From contig NW_027437437.1 of assembly GCF_964204645.1 (NCBI RefSeq), forward strand, positions 92,001 to 156,000: a stretch of 64,000 nucleotides of DNA, read 5' to 3'. Both the position numbers and the translations under genes were made by a program. The notes beneath the pieces are model-generated. The model was not told where the DNA came from, did not search any database, and worked only from the letters and a program-made list of their open reading frames with translations. This document shows positions 51,001 to 64,000 of the stretch, in pieces. Positions within the stretch are counted from its first letter, which is position 1. Every line of letters begins with the position of its first letter. This stretch comes from Tubulanus polymorphus. Lineage: Eukaryota > Animalia > Nemertea.

Positions 51001-52420
51001 ATACCTTTAGATCAGCAAATCAGTAGGGCTAAATTTTCCGTAACTAAAAACGGTCATGACAGTTGGGTAGCTGCTCCTTGCCAAAAAGCGGAAGACCCTG
51101 CGTGGGAGAATCGGAATTCTGAGAATGCCGGTTCTTTCTACAAAAGGGGGCCGCTATCGAGAGAGAGGAGAGAATCTGTACCTTAGTAAGACGAGTGTCG
51201 ACAGCAGGACAGGAGAAGCTTCGGAACGATAGGGATTCATATACAATAGGGATTAGGAAAATCATTCACAGGTTCAAGGTAAATAAAATATATTATCTTC
51301 AATATTATCATCCGGTATTTCAATTTATTAATTCGGATTTGTGCACGGACACGTTCTCTCGCCAGGGCCTTACTCAAGTATTTTATAGATAACGATTTAA
51401 GAGAGGATTGTGACCGGTGTATCACTAGTGTTATGTCGATCGTGTTGAATCACTTTGCTTGATTTGAAGGAATCACATCTTCTATGGTGCAACATCGGTC
51501 GCAGAGAGATATCTTGGTGTTGACTCACCTTGACCATCTAACTTCATGCGTTTGACATTGGAATCAGCATCATACCATTTTGAACTGCATAATATTCATA
51601 CAACATGAAAACCTACAGTACATCTATACAGTAATCAAACTTTCACCGATGTTGGATATTTGAATGAACGTTAGGCTTATTTCAGTATTCTGAAGCAGGA
51701 AATAATAAGCCCAATCAATAGGCCCTATTCCCATTGGAACAATTGTATAATGCGTACAGCTGTACCGTACACTTATCAGTCAAGAATGGAGAAATCGGTA
51801 TACCAAACCTACGAACAGCAAAATGTACAGGCCTACAATGATTTCTGGTATACAAGCCGTGACCACATGAACGTTTTGGATCTAGGTTTGACTATTAATA
51901 TCAGCAGGTCAGAGAAGGCCTGGCCAAATTTAATCACATGACTCAAATCAATAAGCCTTTCTGCGTGTGAATACTTCACTGTATTGTTTTAAAAATAGGC
52001 CTATCGAGGGAATTAGTACATAGACTAAATTAGACTTTAAGCTAGTCCTGACCAAATCCTATCCATGTTATAATGGCACCAGTTATAGTAACATCACTGT
52101 AGGGCGACGAGAGGGAAAAAGTTGTGTTTGTGGTACATAGGCATGGTAGGCTTGTACTAACTTAATACTTAAAACGCTGTTGTTAGCTGTACGTGACTGT
52201 ACGGTGATTTCTACTGGTTAGCCGTATGTGAGTACGTTGACGCTCAGACATGCAATATTGGGATTCGAAACCAAACGAAAAAAAATAATCCAGTAGTAGT
52301 CCAGTGATTTACCCACTGTGACACAGAACGTAACTACAGGGTGGATGAAATTTGATTTACAAATAGCCTAGCCTCACTAACCCAAATTCCATTCTTTCAC
52401 GCATCCGCGTTTGCAGATTA

Positions 52421-52845
52421 TAGGAACTCACGTACGGCATTTTTAGGGAACTCGCGTACGGTTAACCTGTGGATATCATCGTACAGTCACGTACGGGTAA
52501 CAACTTCGTATTTAAAATGGTATTGGCTACTAGGAACTCACGTACGGCGTTAGTAGGGAACTCACGTACGGTTAACCTGTGGAGATCACCGTTCAGTCAC
52601 GTACGGGTAACAACTTCGTGATTAAAATGGTATTGGCTACTAGGAACTCACGTACGGCGTTAGTAGGGAACTCACGTACGGTTAACCTGTGGAGATCACG
52701 TACAGTCACGTACGGGTAACAACTTCGTACTTCAAATGGTATTGGCTACCAGGAACCCACGTACGGCGTTAATAGGGAACTCACGTACGGTTAACCTGTG
52801 GAGATCACCGTACAGTCACGTACGGGTAACAACTACGTACTTAAA
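52421..52845. repeat. Tandem repeat, about 110-bp unit x4, with an inverted partial unit at about 52168-52235
   Basis: Units start at 52421, 52531, 52641 and 52750; three CACGTACGG-like motifs per unit. Confidence 0.9.
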
Positions 52846-53909
52846 AATACTTTCTAACATTAAAACGATATTTATTAATATATAAAATTCCCCTCCCCGA
52901 TAAGTTTTCACCCAAATTGTTAAGTAGTAGGTAAAAAATCCTCCAGAAAACTTATTGAATTTTTGATTGAGCGTAGACCTAGTTTATTACTAGATATGGG
53001 TAAACGATTCAAAGTGAAACTGATCAAGTAGTTAGTTAGAGATATAATGTAGTTATGAAATCTATTGAATAAAAAACTACATTTTTCATGATACAATACA
53101 AGAAATAATGGGTATACTAGTAATATCAGAGTTTATATGTTTTTATATGTAAACTGAAGCTGTGATCACTGAACCGAAATTAAACTGAACTGAATTTAAT
53201 TTACATGTAAGTCATAGTTAAATGGTTAAACCACATGGGACATATACTCGCGAATCATTATGAACTCATACATTGTTGTGGGCTTTTCTACCCTCTCGTA
53301 AAACATGGTGGCGTATACGGTAAAAATCCCCAAATATTCAAAGAAGGTAAAAATTTCCACTTGGTGATTTTCAAGAACATTTCAAAGCACGATGTTTCTC
53401 CAATTTTATTCATTTGCGATGAGACCGAAATATGTTTGAACTGCACAATGAAATCTTTCGTTGGGATAAATTGTTAAATAAACGACTTGAATAAAATAAA
53501 TTATTGGAATTAACAATAATAAGGAAAGGCAGGAATAAATACTAATATAACGTTACTTACTGTGCCAATCGTATGTTGACTGACAAAGTATACTATGGTT
53601 CAGTTCATACCAAAGGTCAAAGGGTCGAAAAATAAATTTATCAAATTTATTTTTCGACCCTTCAACCTTTGAGCTGAACCCCTATTATCCCTATTACTCT
53701 TAAAATATTCATATATATGAATATGAATAACTTCAAAAATCAATTTAAATAAAGAATTTGATATTAAAATGGAACCAAATAAGGAGTACTACTGTCCAAC
53801 ATGTAAAATCAATATAGATAAATCTCAAAAAGCAAGGCATAATATAACTAGAACACATTTAGAGAAAGGGAAACATCTTAATCAATTTTAATAAAAATAT
53901 GGATTATAA

Positions 53910-55407
53910 ATGGTGGAACAATCACAAACTATCAATATTCCCCATAAGAAATGTTCAAAATGTGAATTAGATAAATCATTATCAGAATATTATAATAAAA
54001 AAACTCAGAAAGATGGTAAGCAAAGTTATTGTAAAACTTGAAGTAAACTAAGTGACAAACAAAATTATAGAAATAATACTGAAACACGCAAAGATAAGAT
54101 TAAGCAATATCAAGCAAATAATAGAGAATATTATAAAGAACTCAATGAAAATTATCAAAAAGAAAGGCGCCGAACAGATTTTAATTTTAAAATGAAACAA
54201 TGTTTAAGATCTAAAATATCAAAATTATTCAGTAAAGCTAAACATCCAGTTACACTATCAAATTTGTTGGGTTGTACAGATGAATTCTTAAAATCATGGA
54301 TTATATATCAGTTTGACGATAAAATGAATGAAAAAAACTATGGTGAATACTTTCACATTGTTCACGTGTTACCAATATCGAAATTTGATATGAATGATGA
54401 ATACAATCAAAAGCTAATCTGGAATTGGAAAAACCTGAGACCTCTTGAAAAGAAGGAAAATATAAGGAAAGGAAATGAACTAGATTTTCAGTTGTATTTA
54501 GACCAGTTGGTTAGAGCAAAGACATTTGTTGAATTATGGAACTCAACACATAATGAAAAATACGTTGAATCTTTATAAACGCCCGATGATACTCAGCCTG
54601 TATAACTGGTACTTAAAGTTCAAAAGAGAAGAGTCAAAAGAAAATGAGATTATTAAAAGAATTCTAAAATGTTAATCAATTTTAATAAAAATATATATCA
54701 TAAATGGAAAGTACACAAACTATCAATATAAACAATAATACTGGGGTTATAAATATTCACCATAAGATATGTTATAAGTGTAAAATAAATAAATCATCAG
54801 CAGAATATTACAAAGATAAATATTCTAAAGGTGGTATACGAAATATTTGTAAAACTTGTCGTAAACTATATAATAAACAATATCAAGTGAATAATTCAGA
54901 AAAATGTAATGAAAAAATAGACGTTGGTGAGCTAATAATCCTGAATATTTTTATGAACATCAAAATAATTACCAAAATGAAAGTTATAAAACAGATTTTA
55001 ATTTTAAATTGAAACAATGTTTGAGAATTAGATTATCACATTTATTCAGTAAAGATAAACACTCAGTTACACTATCTTATTTGCTAGATTGTTCAGATAA
55101 ATTTCTAAAATCATGGATTATATTTCAGTTTGATGATAAAATGAATATAAATAATAATGTTGAATATTTCCACATTGATCATGTGTTACCAATATCTAAA
55201 TTTGACATGAATGATGATTATAATCAGAAATTAATATGGAATTGGAAGAATCTAAGACCATTTGAAAAGAAGGAAAATATTAGGAAAGGAAATAAACTTG
55301 ATATGAAATTATATTTGGAGCATTTAGATAAAGCAAGGAAATTTATTGAATTATGGAATAGTGATCCAAATAATGAACAATACGTTGAGTCTTTGATAAG
55401 TGGTTAA
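53910..55407 (+). pseudogene. Two tandem HNH endonuclease paralogues (53910-54578 and 54704-55407), both disrupted
   Basis: Each has a TAAATG start, a Zn ribbon and HI(D/V)HVLP...NLRP.EKKEN. Confidence 0.8.
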
Positions 55408-55678
55408 AGAATAGTTTACAGGAATTTAATATAGAGGATCCGAAATGGCTTATCTGGACGGTTATAGTTACCGCTCGTTTAGATTGACAAAAGTAGAAAG
55501 GTATTAAATAGAATTTAAATGATATATATTAAAAAAACAATAACTTCAACTATATAGTGAATTCTATTATATTTTTATTCAAAATCTATTATTTCTTTTC
55601 AAAAAGGGAATACTTTATATTTTAAATCATTGTTTCAGTAAATTGCAAAATATTATGAGTTAATGTTAAATTCACCCA

Positions 55679-57129
55679 TCATCCTAAAAATCGCATATTT
55701 TCTCCGATACCACGCAACAATTCCCCAAGATTTTTCACCCTATTATTATAGTCCACGCATAGATTTCGCAATCGAATTTGTAATTGTACATATTTTTGGA
55801 AAACACGCTTAGTTGGATTATTTCCAAGATTGTTCTGTGCAGTCATCATCTCTACAGATGCATTGTCCTGCTGGAATCCTTTAATGGTGCGCCAGATAGA
55901 AGGATGATGATGTCCTATAATGTTGTAGAACTTGTTATTCCACGACTCACAAATATTATTAGTTCTAGCATCGTTAGTTAATGTTGCTTCGCGGACGTTC
56001 CAAATTGATGGTTCGTACATTGGCGGTACTTTTCGGAGTCTGACTATCCCGTTCGGGGAGCTAACTGGTCGCCAAGATCCATTTACGTAAGTTGAATTAA
56101 AATAGTCCAGAAGTTCAATTACCTCATCAGGGACGTTTTCGAGGAGATACGCCAATCCAGCAGGTACATCATCTACTGGCAAAAATGCTAAGCCATCAAG
56201 CATCCCCACAAATAATTGAAATTCGGCATTTTCTCGATAGTGTTGAGATAAACCAAGTGATTGTATTTTGCGCCATGTCGATTGCGTAAGATGAAAGAAA
56301 CATCCTTTTACATTCACACGGTTATTAAAAGCAACGTTAATGGCTTGCTGTACTGCTCCCTCGTAGTCCAGCATGATGGTTTCTGGTTCTAGATATAGAT
56401 TTCGCTCCTGGCAATCATTCATTAGAATACGTAGCATATCTTCATAGGTCCCCTGATCTTTCTTCATTAGTAACAATAAGCAACAGATATTGATGTACCA
56501 CCAAATTGAATTCGAATTACATAAATTTGCTCGAAAAGTGAAGGGGCCATACTAAAATTGCCATCTATAAACATGACTTGGATGAAGCTAGTTTTCGAAG
56601 TCCATCATCGCTAGAAAATATAATTCTTCTTCCTTGCTCTTCATTATCATGAAGGAGAAATCTGTCGGCAGCTTCTTCTCCAGATGTCGCAGCCCATTTT
56701 CCGTCTATTCTCAATTCTCGTAGTGAATCTGGCTCTTTAGGATAATTCTTTCTACGTTCACGGCGGATACTTTTCTTACAGGCTTCTTCATTTGCAAGAC
56801 GGGCTTTTACATTGACATCGGTTATCTTTTTATAAGACTTCAGTGAAAATCTGTACTGGTTTATTTCAACTTTCTTCAGCCAATCTCTTCATTTCATTTC
56901 TAGATTTAGAAATATCTACAGTTGTCTGGTCTGCAATGTGATTATGCTCTCCAGTTTCTCTTGTGGATTCTTCAACAACGTCAGTAATAACACATCCCTT
57001 GCATTTCGTAGTTCTGCTTCTTATACAATTCCATCGAATCTGTCTTGCTGTAGAATATTGTTTCAAGTACATGTAACCATTTAAACACAACTTCAAACCA
57101 CCTCTAGACGTTTTGATAAATTCAGCCAT
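55679..57129 (-). pseudogene. Mutator (MULE) transposase with N-terminal FLYWCH-like Zn finger; frameshifted
   Basis: LNGYMY...WNC...C...HNH; FIDGNF (D1), MLDYE (D2), GCFFH and RTNNICESWN (E). Confidence 0.88.
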
Positions 57130-58905
57130 AGCAATATTATCTTCTCTGTATCTGATTGTGATATGCCCTAATCTCTGAATTTCTGCCTGTTATATAGTTT
57201 TTGGTTGATTGTTGATAAGAGTTCAGTGTAATTAGAACGCAGCTGATATATAATCACAATTAGACATTAATTAATGATAAGAGTTCATAACAAATTAGTT
57301 TCAATTAGTTAAAACAGGTGTTAAGTTTTCAATCTTTTAAGTGAACACATTCCAGTATTTATAGTCACAGTAAATGTATTAATTTCTAAAATCATGGATT
57401 ATATTTCAGTTTGATGGTGAAATGAATATAAATAATAATGGTGAATATTTCCACATTGATCATGTGTTACCAATATCTAAATTTGACATGAATGATGATT
57501 ATAATCAGAAATTAATATGGAATTGGAAGAATCTAAGACCATTTGAAAAGAAGGAAAATATTAGGAAAGGAAATAAACTTGATATGAAATTATATTTTGA
57601 GCAATTAGATAAAGCAAGGAAATTTATTGAATCATGGAATAGTGATCCAAATAATGAACAATACGTTGAGTCTTTGATAAGTGGTTAAAGAATAGTTTAC
57701 AGGAATATAATATCGAGGGTCCGAAATGACTTATCTGGACGGTTATAGTTACCGCTCATTCAAAAGTAGAAAGGTATTAAATACAATTTAAATGATATAT
57801 ATTAAAAAAACAATTACTTCAACTATATAGTGAATTCTATTATATTTTCATTCAAAATCTATTATTTCTTTTCAAAAAGGAAAACTTTATATTTTGATAA
57901 GATTTGAATAGAAATTCTTTAACTTTAACTAACCTAGTCAATTTAGTATTAACCTAAAGAGTAACTAGTATCATTTGAAGGATAAGTATAATATATTTTT
58001 CGCTTTTTTCACTAATATAAATGTCAAAGAAATCGAGTAAAAATAATATTGATATTGAAAAGACATTTGAAGATTTAGTTATTACAGATAATAATGATAC
58101 AGTAGTTACTAATTGTATTCAAAATAATAATATTGATCATAAATACTATTTAAAATGTAAGCATCATCTAGAATTATTAATTGCCAGCGGAAAGTGTAAC
58201 GAATTCCTAAATAGAATTATAACTTTTCAAGAATTAGATAATACGAAACCAGATAAAGTAATAAAATATTTCAAAATATACGAAGAAGCTAGATTAGCTC
58301 GAATAAACGATTCTATAAGTGATGGAATAGATGTTACTCTAAGTTATGTAACCGGATAATACCAATTGATGATGAAAATAAATTATATAGTGATTTAAGA
58401 AATATATAAAAATTATTTAGTTATGACAGAATTACAAAAATGGGTTGGATACGCTTCATTCCGATTAGGATATTAATTTCTACTGGCGTAATAATATTTT
58501 CTAATTTCAAACCTAGAGTAAATAAACCAGATAAAATCGAATCAGATAATAAATCAGATAATATCGAAACAGATATTGAATCAGAACAAAAATTAAGTAA
58601 AATAAATGAGTGATGATATTAAGAAGAAGCCTAGATCTGAAAAACAAATTAAATGGGCAAGGGAATTAGGTAAAAGATCTTCAAAGAGCTAAGAAAAAGA
58701 AATAAGTGATAGAAATGAACCACAGAAATTATCTGATATTAATTCGAATGATAATTTATCTGATTCTTCTAATACTGGAAGAAATAATTACTTATATATT
58801 ACAATTGCAGTAATTAATCGCAGTAATTGTATTCTCTGGTGTTATATATAAATATAAATCTAAATCGATAGTAGTGATGATTATAAACCTATTATACCAG
58901 AAAAT

Positions 58906-59886
58906 AAAATGTTTTTCGATATTTAGATATTCTAACATGTTGACCAATTTTAAATTTAGGTTCTCCAAAATCATGTGTAACAAATGCACCATATAGATTA
59001 TTCCAAACTATTTCTGAATTATCTTATTTTATAGCTTGTATGGGTTTCATATTTATAGAACTATGTTTAGAATTATTACAACCTTTCACTAAATCATCTA
59101 ACACATCGATATATTTATAAAATAAAATATTTCCACATTCTAGATTTCAATGTTTTATTAAACCTTTCTATAATAGATGCTTTTTTATCTGAATGTGTTG
59201 AAAAATATTCTACATCGCTATCAGATAATAATTTTTTGAAATGTTTATTATAAAATTCCTTACCTTCATCAAATTGTATCTTATCTGGAATAGCTTCTTT
59301 GAATATATTTTTAAAAGCATTAGTAACTTCTATACCAGTTTTATTTTTGATTGGTATACTCCATGCGTATCTACTGAATATATCTATATCATTTAATATC
59401 CAGAAATATCCTTTGTTGTGTTCTTCTAAGTTCTTCATGTCAATTAAATCTGCTTGCCATTGTTGATCAATATATCAAACCATAACTTTTCTTGTCAAAT
59501 AATTTTTATCCATTTTCTTATGGATTTGATATGTTGGTTGATTTTGTAACCATAATCTTAGTTCACTATATTTTATATTTTCTTTATCAGATTTAATTTT
59601 ATCCCATAATTCTGAAACACTAGAATATGATACTTCACTCTCTGGGTTATAATTTAACATAAATCTCTTAAATATTGTTCTTTTTTCATCTTATTTTAAT
59701 CCATTAATAATAATCTTGGTTTATTTTCAATGACTTTATCATTTGACTTATTTTCTGGTATAATAGGTTTATCATTATCATCATCTTTATTATTAAATTT
59801 GAATTTAGATTTATATATTACACCAGAGAATATAATAACTGTGATTAACCCAATTGTAATAGATAAGTAATTATTTCTTCCAGTAC
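58906..59886 (-). pseudogene. Integrase and membrane-gene fragment of another Maverick copy, joined head-on to copy 3
   Basis: IQFDEGKEF and IIERFNK on the minus strand; 59700-59886 is a diverged inverted copy of 58772-58905. Confidence 0.8.
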
Positions 59887-60286
59887 TTGCTGACTTTCGT
59901 CGAAAACCCTCTTGTAATTCTGTTGATTGTTATTATTATTATTTACATATTTTCCACTTTTTTTCATCACATAAAATTCATCTCTCGGATTCGACAACTG
60001 ACAGCTACTAAACGGAATGCTGAATTCTGAGAGAAATATAACAGATTTTTCTTCGCGTAGATTCTATCAATGCACTCTCCATCCTATTTTAAACTTAAAA
60101 TTACATTCAGACAGCTAACACCGGTGGAAATATACTACCCCAGTGATCGGCTATCGGAATGTCCCTTCAGGTGTTCCGTACTCCTGCATACGGTATACCT
60201 GAATACACCGATGAAACGATAATACGTCCAAGGAATGCTCCAATATCGGGTCCAAGTCCAAGAGTTTACGAGGCGGCGTTCGCGAG

Positions 60287-63200
60287 TCTTCTTCTTCTTC
60301 TTTAGAGCAATGTGGAGGACCCGTAGTTGAGCATTGTCCCACAGCGTTTGTCAGCGATGCTCGGACTGGATATCAGTTACGGTTAAAATTCAAATATGTA
60401 GAGTTAAAAAAAGAAAACAATGTTGGCTGAGTAGGTGACATCTATTTGGAGCTCCACTGCCGGAGGAGCGCAGCCTTGAATGCATCTGCTAAGGACGAAG
60501 CACATATCTCTTCTGGTACACTATTCCATAGACGGATAGTTGACGGGAAAAAGGAGTGAAGCTTCACGTTGGTCCTCGTATGATGTACCATCAGTCTATG
60601 TGCTACCTTTGTGCTTCGTCTTGCTGGTGTGATGATGCTATCGTCCACCTTGATGTCGATAGGTCCATTGATGATTTTGTACATCATCGTGGCCTTGTTA
60701 ACATTTCTGCGAGTCTGAAGAGTGTCAAGATCGAGGCGTTGGACTAATTCAGTAGCGCTTGAAGAACGACTGAAATTACGATTAATTCTTCTGGCAGCAT
60801 GACGTTGAGTCATCTCAAGTTCGTTGATGAGCTTTGTTTGGTATGGGCTCCAAACTGTAGAGGCGTATTCAACGATAGGTCGAGTGAGCGTCTTGTAACA
60901 CTGAATGTGAGCTTGAGTTGAGCAGCCTTTCAGGTTCCTGTGGACTAAGGCGCTCGCTCTGTTGGCTTTTGCTGCTATTGCTTGTATGTGATCATCCCAG
61001 GTTAAGTTCTTGTTGAATACTAGCCCAAGGTATTTAGCCTTGTCAACTTGATCTAGGGGTTGACCGTGCAGATGTTACGTAGATACAATCGGTTTCTTGC
61101 GCTGTGTAATGGTGATGGAATGGCATTTCTTGACATTGAACCCCATTTGCCATCGTTTCTCCCGTTCACCCAGTTTAGTGAGATCGTTTTGGAGGCGCTC
61201 AGTGTCTGACAGAGTTTTAATTCGTTCATACAGTATCGTGTCATCAGCGAACAGACGTACTACGCATTGGGTATCGTTTCCCAACTCATTGATGTAGATC
61301 AAAAACAATGTGGGCCCAAGCCTTGTGGCACACCTGATGTCACAGGTCCAATATCAGAGTATTTACTTTCTACTAGCACCTGTTGAGTTCTATTGGACAA
61401 GAAGTTCTCGATCCATGTCAATGTTCTGTCGCGTATGCCATAGTAGTTGAGCTTTACACCGAGGCGCAGATGGGGCACGGGGCACTTTATCGAATGCCTT
61501 CGAAAAGTCCAATAATATGGCATCAGTTTGTAGACCAGAGTCAATAGTTGTGCTAAAATCATCGGTTGTAAGAATCAGTTGATTCTCGCAGGAACGGTTT
61601 TTACGGAAACCGTGTTGCCCATCGGTGAGAATTTGGTGAGTCTCAAAGTGTTTTGTTATTTCACTCCTGATGATGTGTTCTAGCAACTAAGAACATATTG
61701 ATGTAAGTGAGACTGGTCGATAGTTTTCTGGTTGACTCCTATTACCTGCTTTGAAGATTGGCTGCACAGAGGCGTGTTTCCAAATTTCTGGTATTTCACC
61801 GGTACGTAACGATTCGTTAAACAGTAGACAGACGGCCGGAGCTATTTCTTGCGCTACGGCTTGAAGGATACGACCTGGAATATTGTCTGGTCCACATGTT
61901 TTTCTTGGGTTGATTTTATTCAACAGGCAGTATACCCCATGACTGGATACTTGTATATCCGGCATCGCTGGGTAGGGGCTTTCTCCAAGTGACGGAATGT
62001 TTGAGGTATCTTCTTTTGTGAAGACTGAGCAGAACTGATTATTCAATATGTTGCTCTTCGCTGAACTATCACTGAAGGTAATGCCACTGCTTGTAAGAGG
62101 AGCGACACCAGTCATGTCAGTTTTCCTGCTTTTTATGTATTTCCATATGCGCTTAGAGCTGCTATCACTGGTGAGCATTTCTGCAATGTACTTGTGATAA
62201 GCAGTCCGATTTGCCTTCCTAGTTTCGCGTTTTAGTCTACGGTATCGTCTTTCTGATCGTTTTGATTTGGATGTTTTGGCTTTTTTCCAAGCTCTGGCTT
62301 TACGACGGGAAAGCTTTTTGAGTTCGTGATTTATCCATGGTTGGTGGAATTTTGTCGATGTAGTCGTCGTTGGGACATGATCTTTTTGAATTTTGAGTAG
62401 GTGATTTTGCAGTTCGATCCACTTGGTATTGATTGGTGCTTCTGAGGTCGAATGACGAGTGCAGAAGTCATGTGTGAATCTAGTGGTATCTGTTCTCATT
62501 TCATCGAATTTGGCTTTTTTCCATACGCTGACTGTACGAGGATGATTGGTTCGTTTTTACAGTCGATCTCTAAACGGACAAATACTGCCTCTGATGGAGT
62601 GTTTATCTGGATCTCCTGTGAGATTAATAGTTTTTTGATCGCGACAAGGACGCGCCATATTCATCATGCCTGTCCTTGCGGTAGACGTCGTAACCTTCCG
62701 GGAAAATTTCGGCGTTATGTATCTCTGGCTTTAACCAGGTTTCAGAACCAAGGATTATGTCAGGATCAGTGTACGTGGTTAGATTCCAAAGTTCGGTTTT
62801 TTTGGGCGGATGCTCTGAAAGTTGATCACTAGTGTTCGCGTCGTCGCGTTGCATTTCACCGCTACTGGGTTACGCGAAGAGGTGCCACATGACGATGATG
62901 GGCTATGCAAGTTCGAAAAGCTATCCTGGGTTTCAAGAATATTTTGTGTTCCTCTGAGCATAATCGGTGACGAGGCATGTACTGGTGTACCCAACTGCTG
63001 CGACGAGGTGTTACCATCAGTGTCAAGAGACGAGGTCCTAGATATATCAAGAAGTGATGGGTGGCTGATATTCAGCGATTCAGTCGCTGTGGTTGTGAAT
63101 AAAGTAGATGAAAAGTTCGGTGTACCGCATATGTAACATGTCCACAATGAGGTGGACGTCTCAAGTTCATATAGCTGGTCAGACATGCCAACACAGTTTG

Positions 63201-63710
63201 TATGGAACCATAGGTTACATATGTCGCAAGCAATCCCTTTCTGCGTCCACTGCACTGCCTTCGTGCACACTCCGCACGGGTATTTTGGTGTACGCGGGCC
63301 AGGATTGGGTTGAATATCGTGTGCTATCATCAACATAAGCAGGACGACTAGGCCTATGCGCCACCATTGTGCAGGATGCCACCTAATAATGTCGATATAT
63401 ATGTAGAAGGATGGAAATGGCATTTTGATTTGATTGTTATTGTTTTTTAGTTGTCCAATATGGCCGATTTCCGGTTTTCGACATTTTACACAGGATGGTA
63501 ATCAGGTTGATTTAACTTGATTAAAACTAGTCTTCAAAGTTCGTAGTAGCTGGATAGTCCGTGTCCAGTATCCGCAAGCTTTTATGAATGATTTTTATGC
63601 AACATTATGCAATTATAATTAGTCCAATAACGTTGTTAGAGGTATTTTTCGAAAGTTTTTGGTCACGAAAGTTGAGAGCTGTTATCCAGTCCGCGCATGC
63701 GCAGTCAGAG
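60287..63710 (-). mobile_element. Decayed CR1/L2-group LINE: 2A-like peptide, PHD, partial APE and RT, with a (GAA)n tail; 5' boundary approximate
   Basis: PHD CGVC..CDIC..H..C..CYIC; APE ILGSETWL and YRKDR; RT QHGFRK, LDFSKAFD, SGVPQG and LFADD; TCTTCTTCTTCTTC at 60287-60300. Confidence 0.9.
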
Positions 63711-64000
63711 CAGGTTTAAAGGCATTTGTTTGTTGTTGCCTCCCCTGTATTATTGATTTCCTGTTATTCCGGTTATTTTATTTAAATATATTGCTGATCT
63801 GTTCATGTAAACAAAAGCGCCAATACATACACTTTTAACTGATCAAGTTTAAATCAAGGTCGTTGAGTCGCGGTGGCTACCCACTAGAATGACCTTCGAC
63901 TACATTCAGAGAGAACAGAAACAATAGAAAAGTATCAGGTGATTATCGATAGCCTACTACTACGGAAAACACAGACAGTTGACAAACAGTGTTAGGCCTG

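Larger units (their letters stand above)
53603..58905 (-). mobile_element. Maverick copy 3: HNH-end fragment, opposite orientation to copies 1 and 2
   Basis: Hairpin TIR remnant at 53603-53698, then HNH genes and homologues of ORFs 15861 and 15264 reading on +. Confidence 0.85.

Noticed and set aside
49400-52100. Short ORFs and a possible solo LTR
   Set aside because: No recognisable protein motifs, paired LTR, PBS or TSD.
52421-52845. Possible CRISPR array
   Set aside because: Whole 110-bp units repeat with no unique spacers, there are no cas genes, and the context is eukaryotic.

Overview
Eukaryotic window, probably from an invertebrate animal (host is inferred), made almost entirely of nested mobile elements; no ordinary host gene is evident. 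It holds one full-length Maverick/Polinton (adintovirus-like) provirus at 765-18216 with a 6-bp TSD (GGTGTA), inserted into a LINE ORF1. A second, closely related but more decayed copy lies at about 30295-49363, and its pPolB is interrupted by a Penelope-like element carrying three hammerhead ribozymes. Rearranged fragments of further copies at about 53603-59886 contain a MULE transposase. Between the first two Mavericks are a RAG1/Transib-like transposase pseudogene, an intact spliced chromodomain gene, and a 2.5-kb TIR element carrying five spliced exons of a ubiquitin-specific protease. A decayed CR1/L2-group LINE with a 2A-like peptide ends the window. The most unusual signals are (1) a poxvirus-type TAAATG initiator at nearly every Maverick gene start, (2) Maverick termini that are self-complementary hairpins of variable length, (3) a membrane-protein-rich Maverick gene set with no recognisable protease, (4) the USP-carrying TIR element, and (5) the RAG1-like plus chromodomain pair. 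All protein calls come from motif recognition by eye, not database searches.
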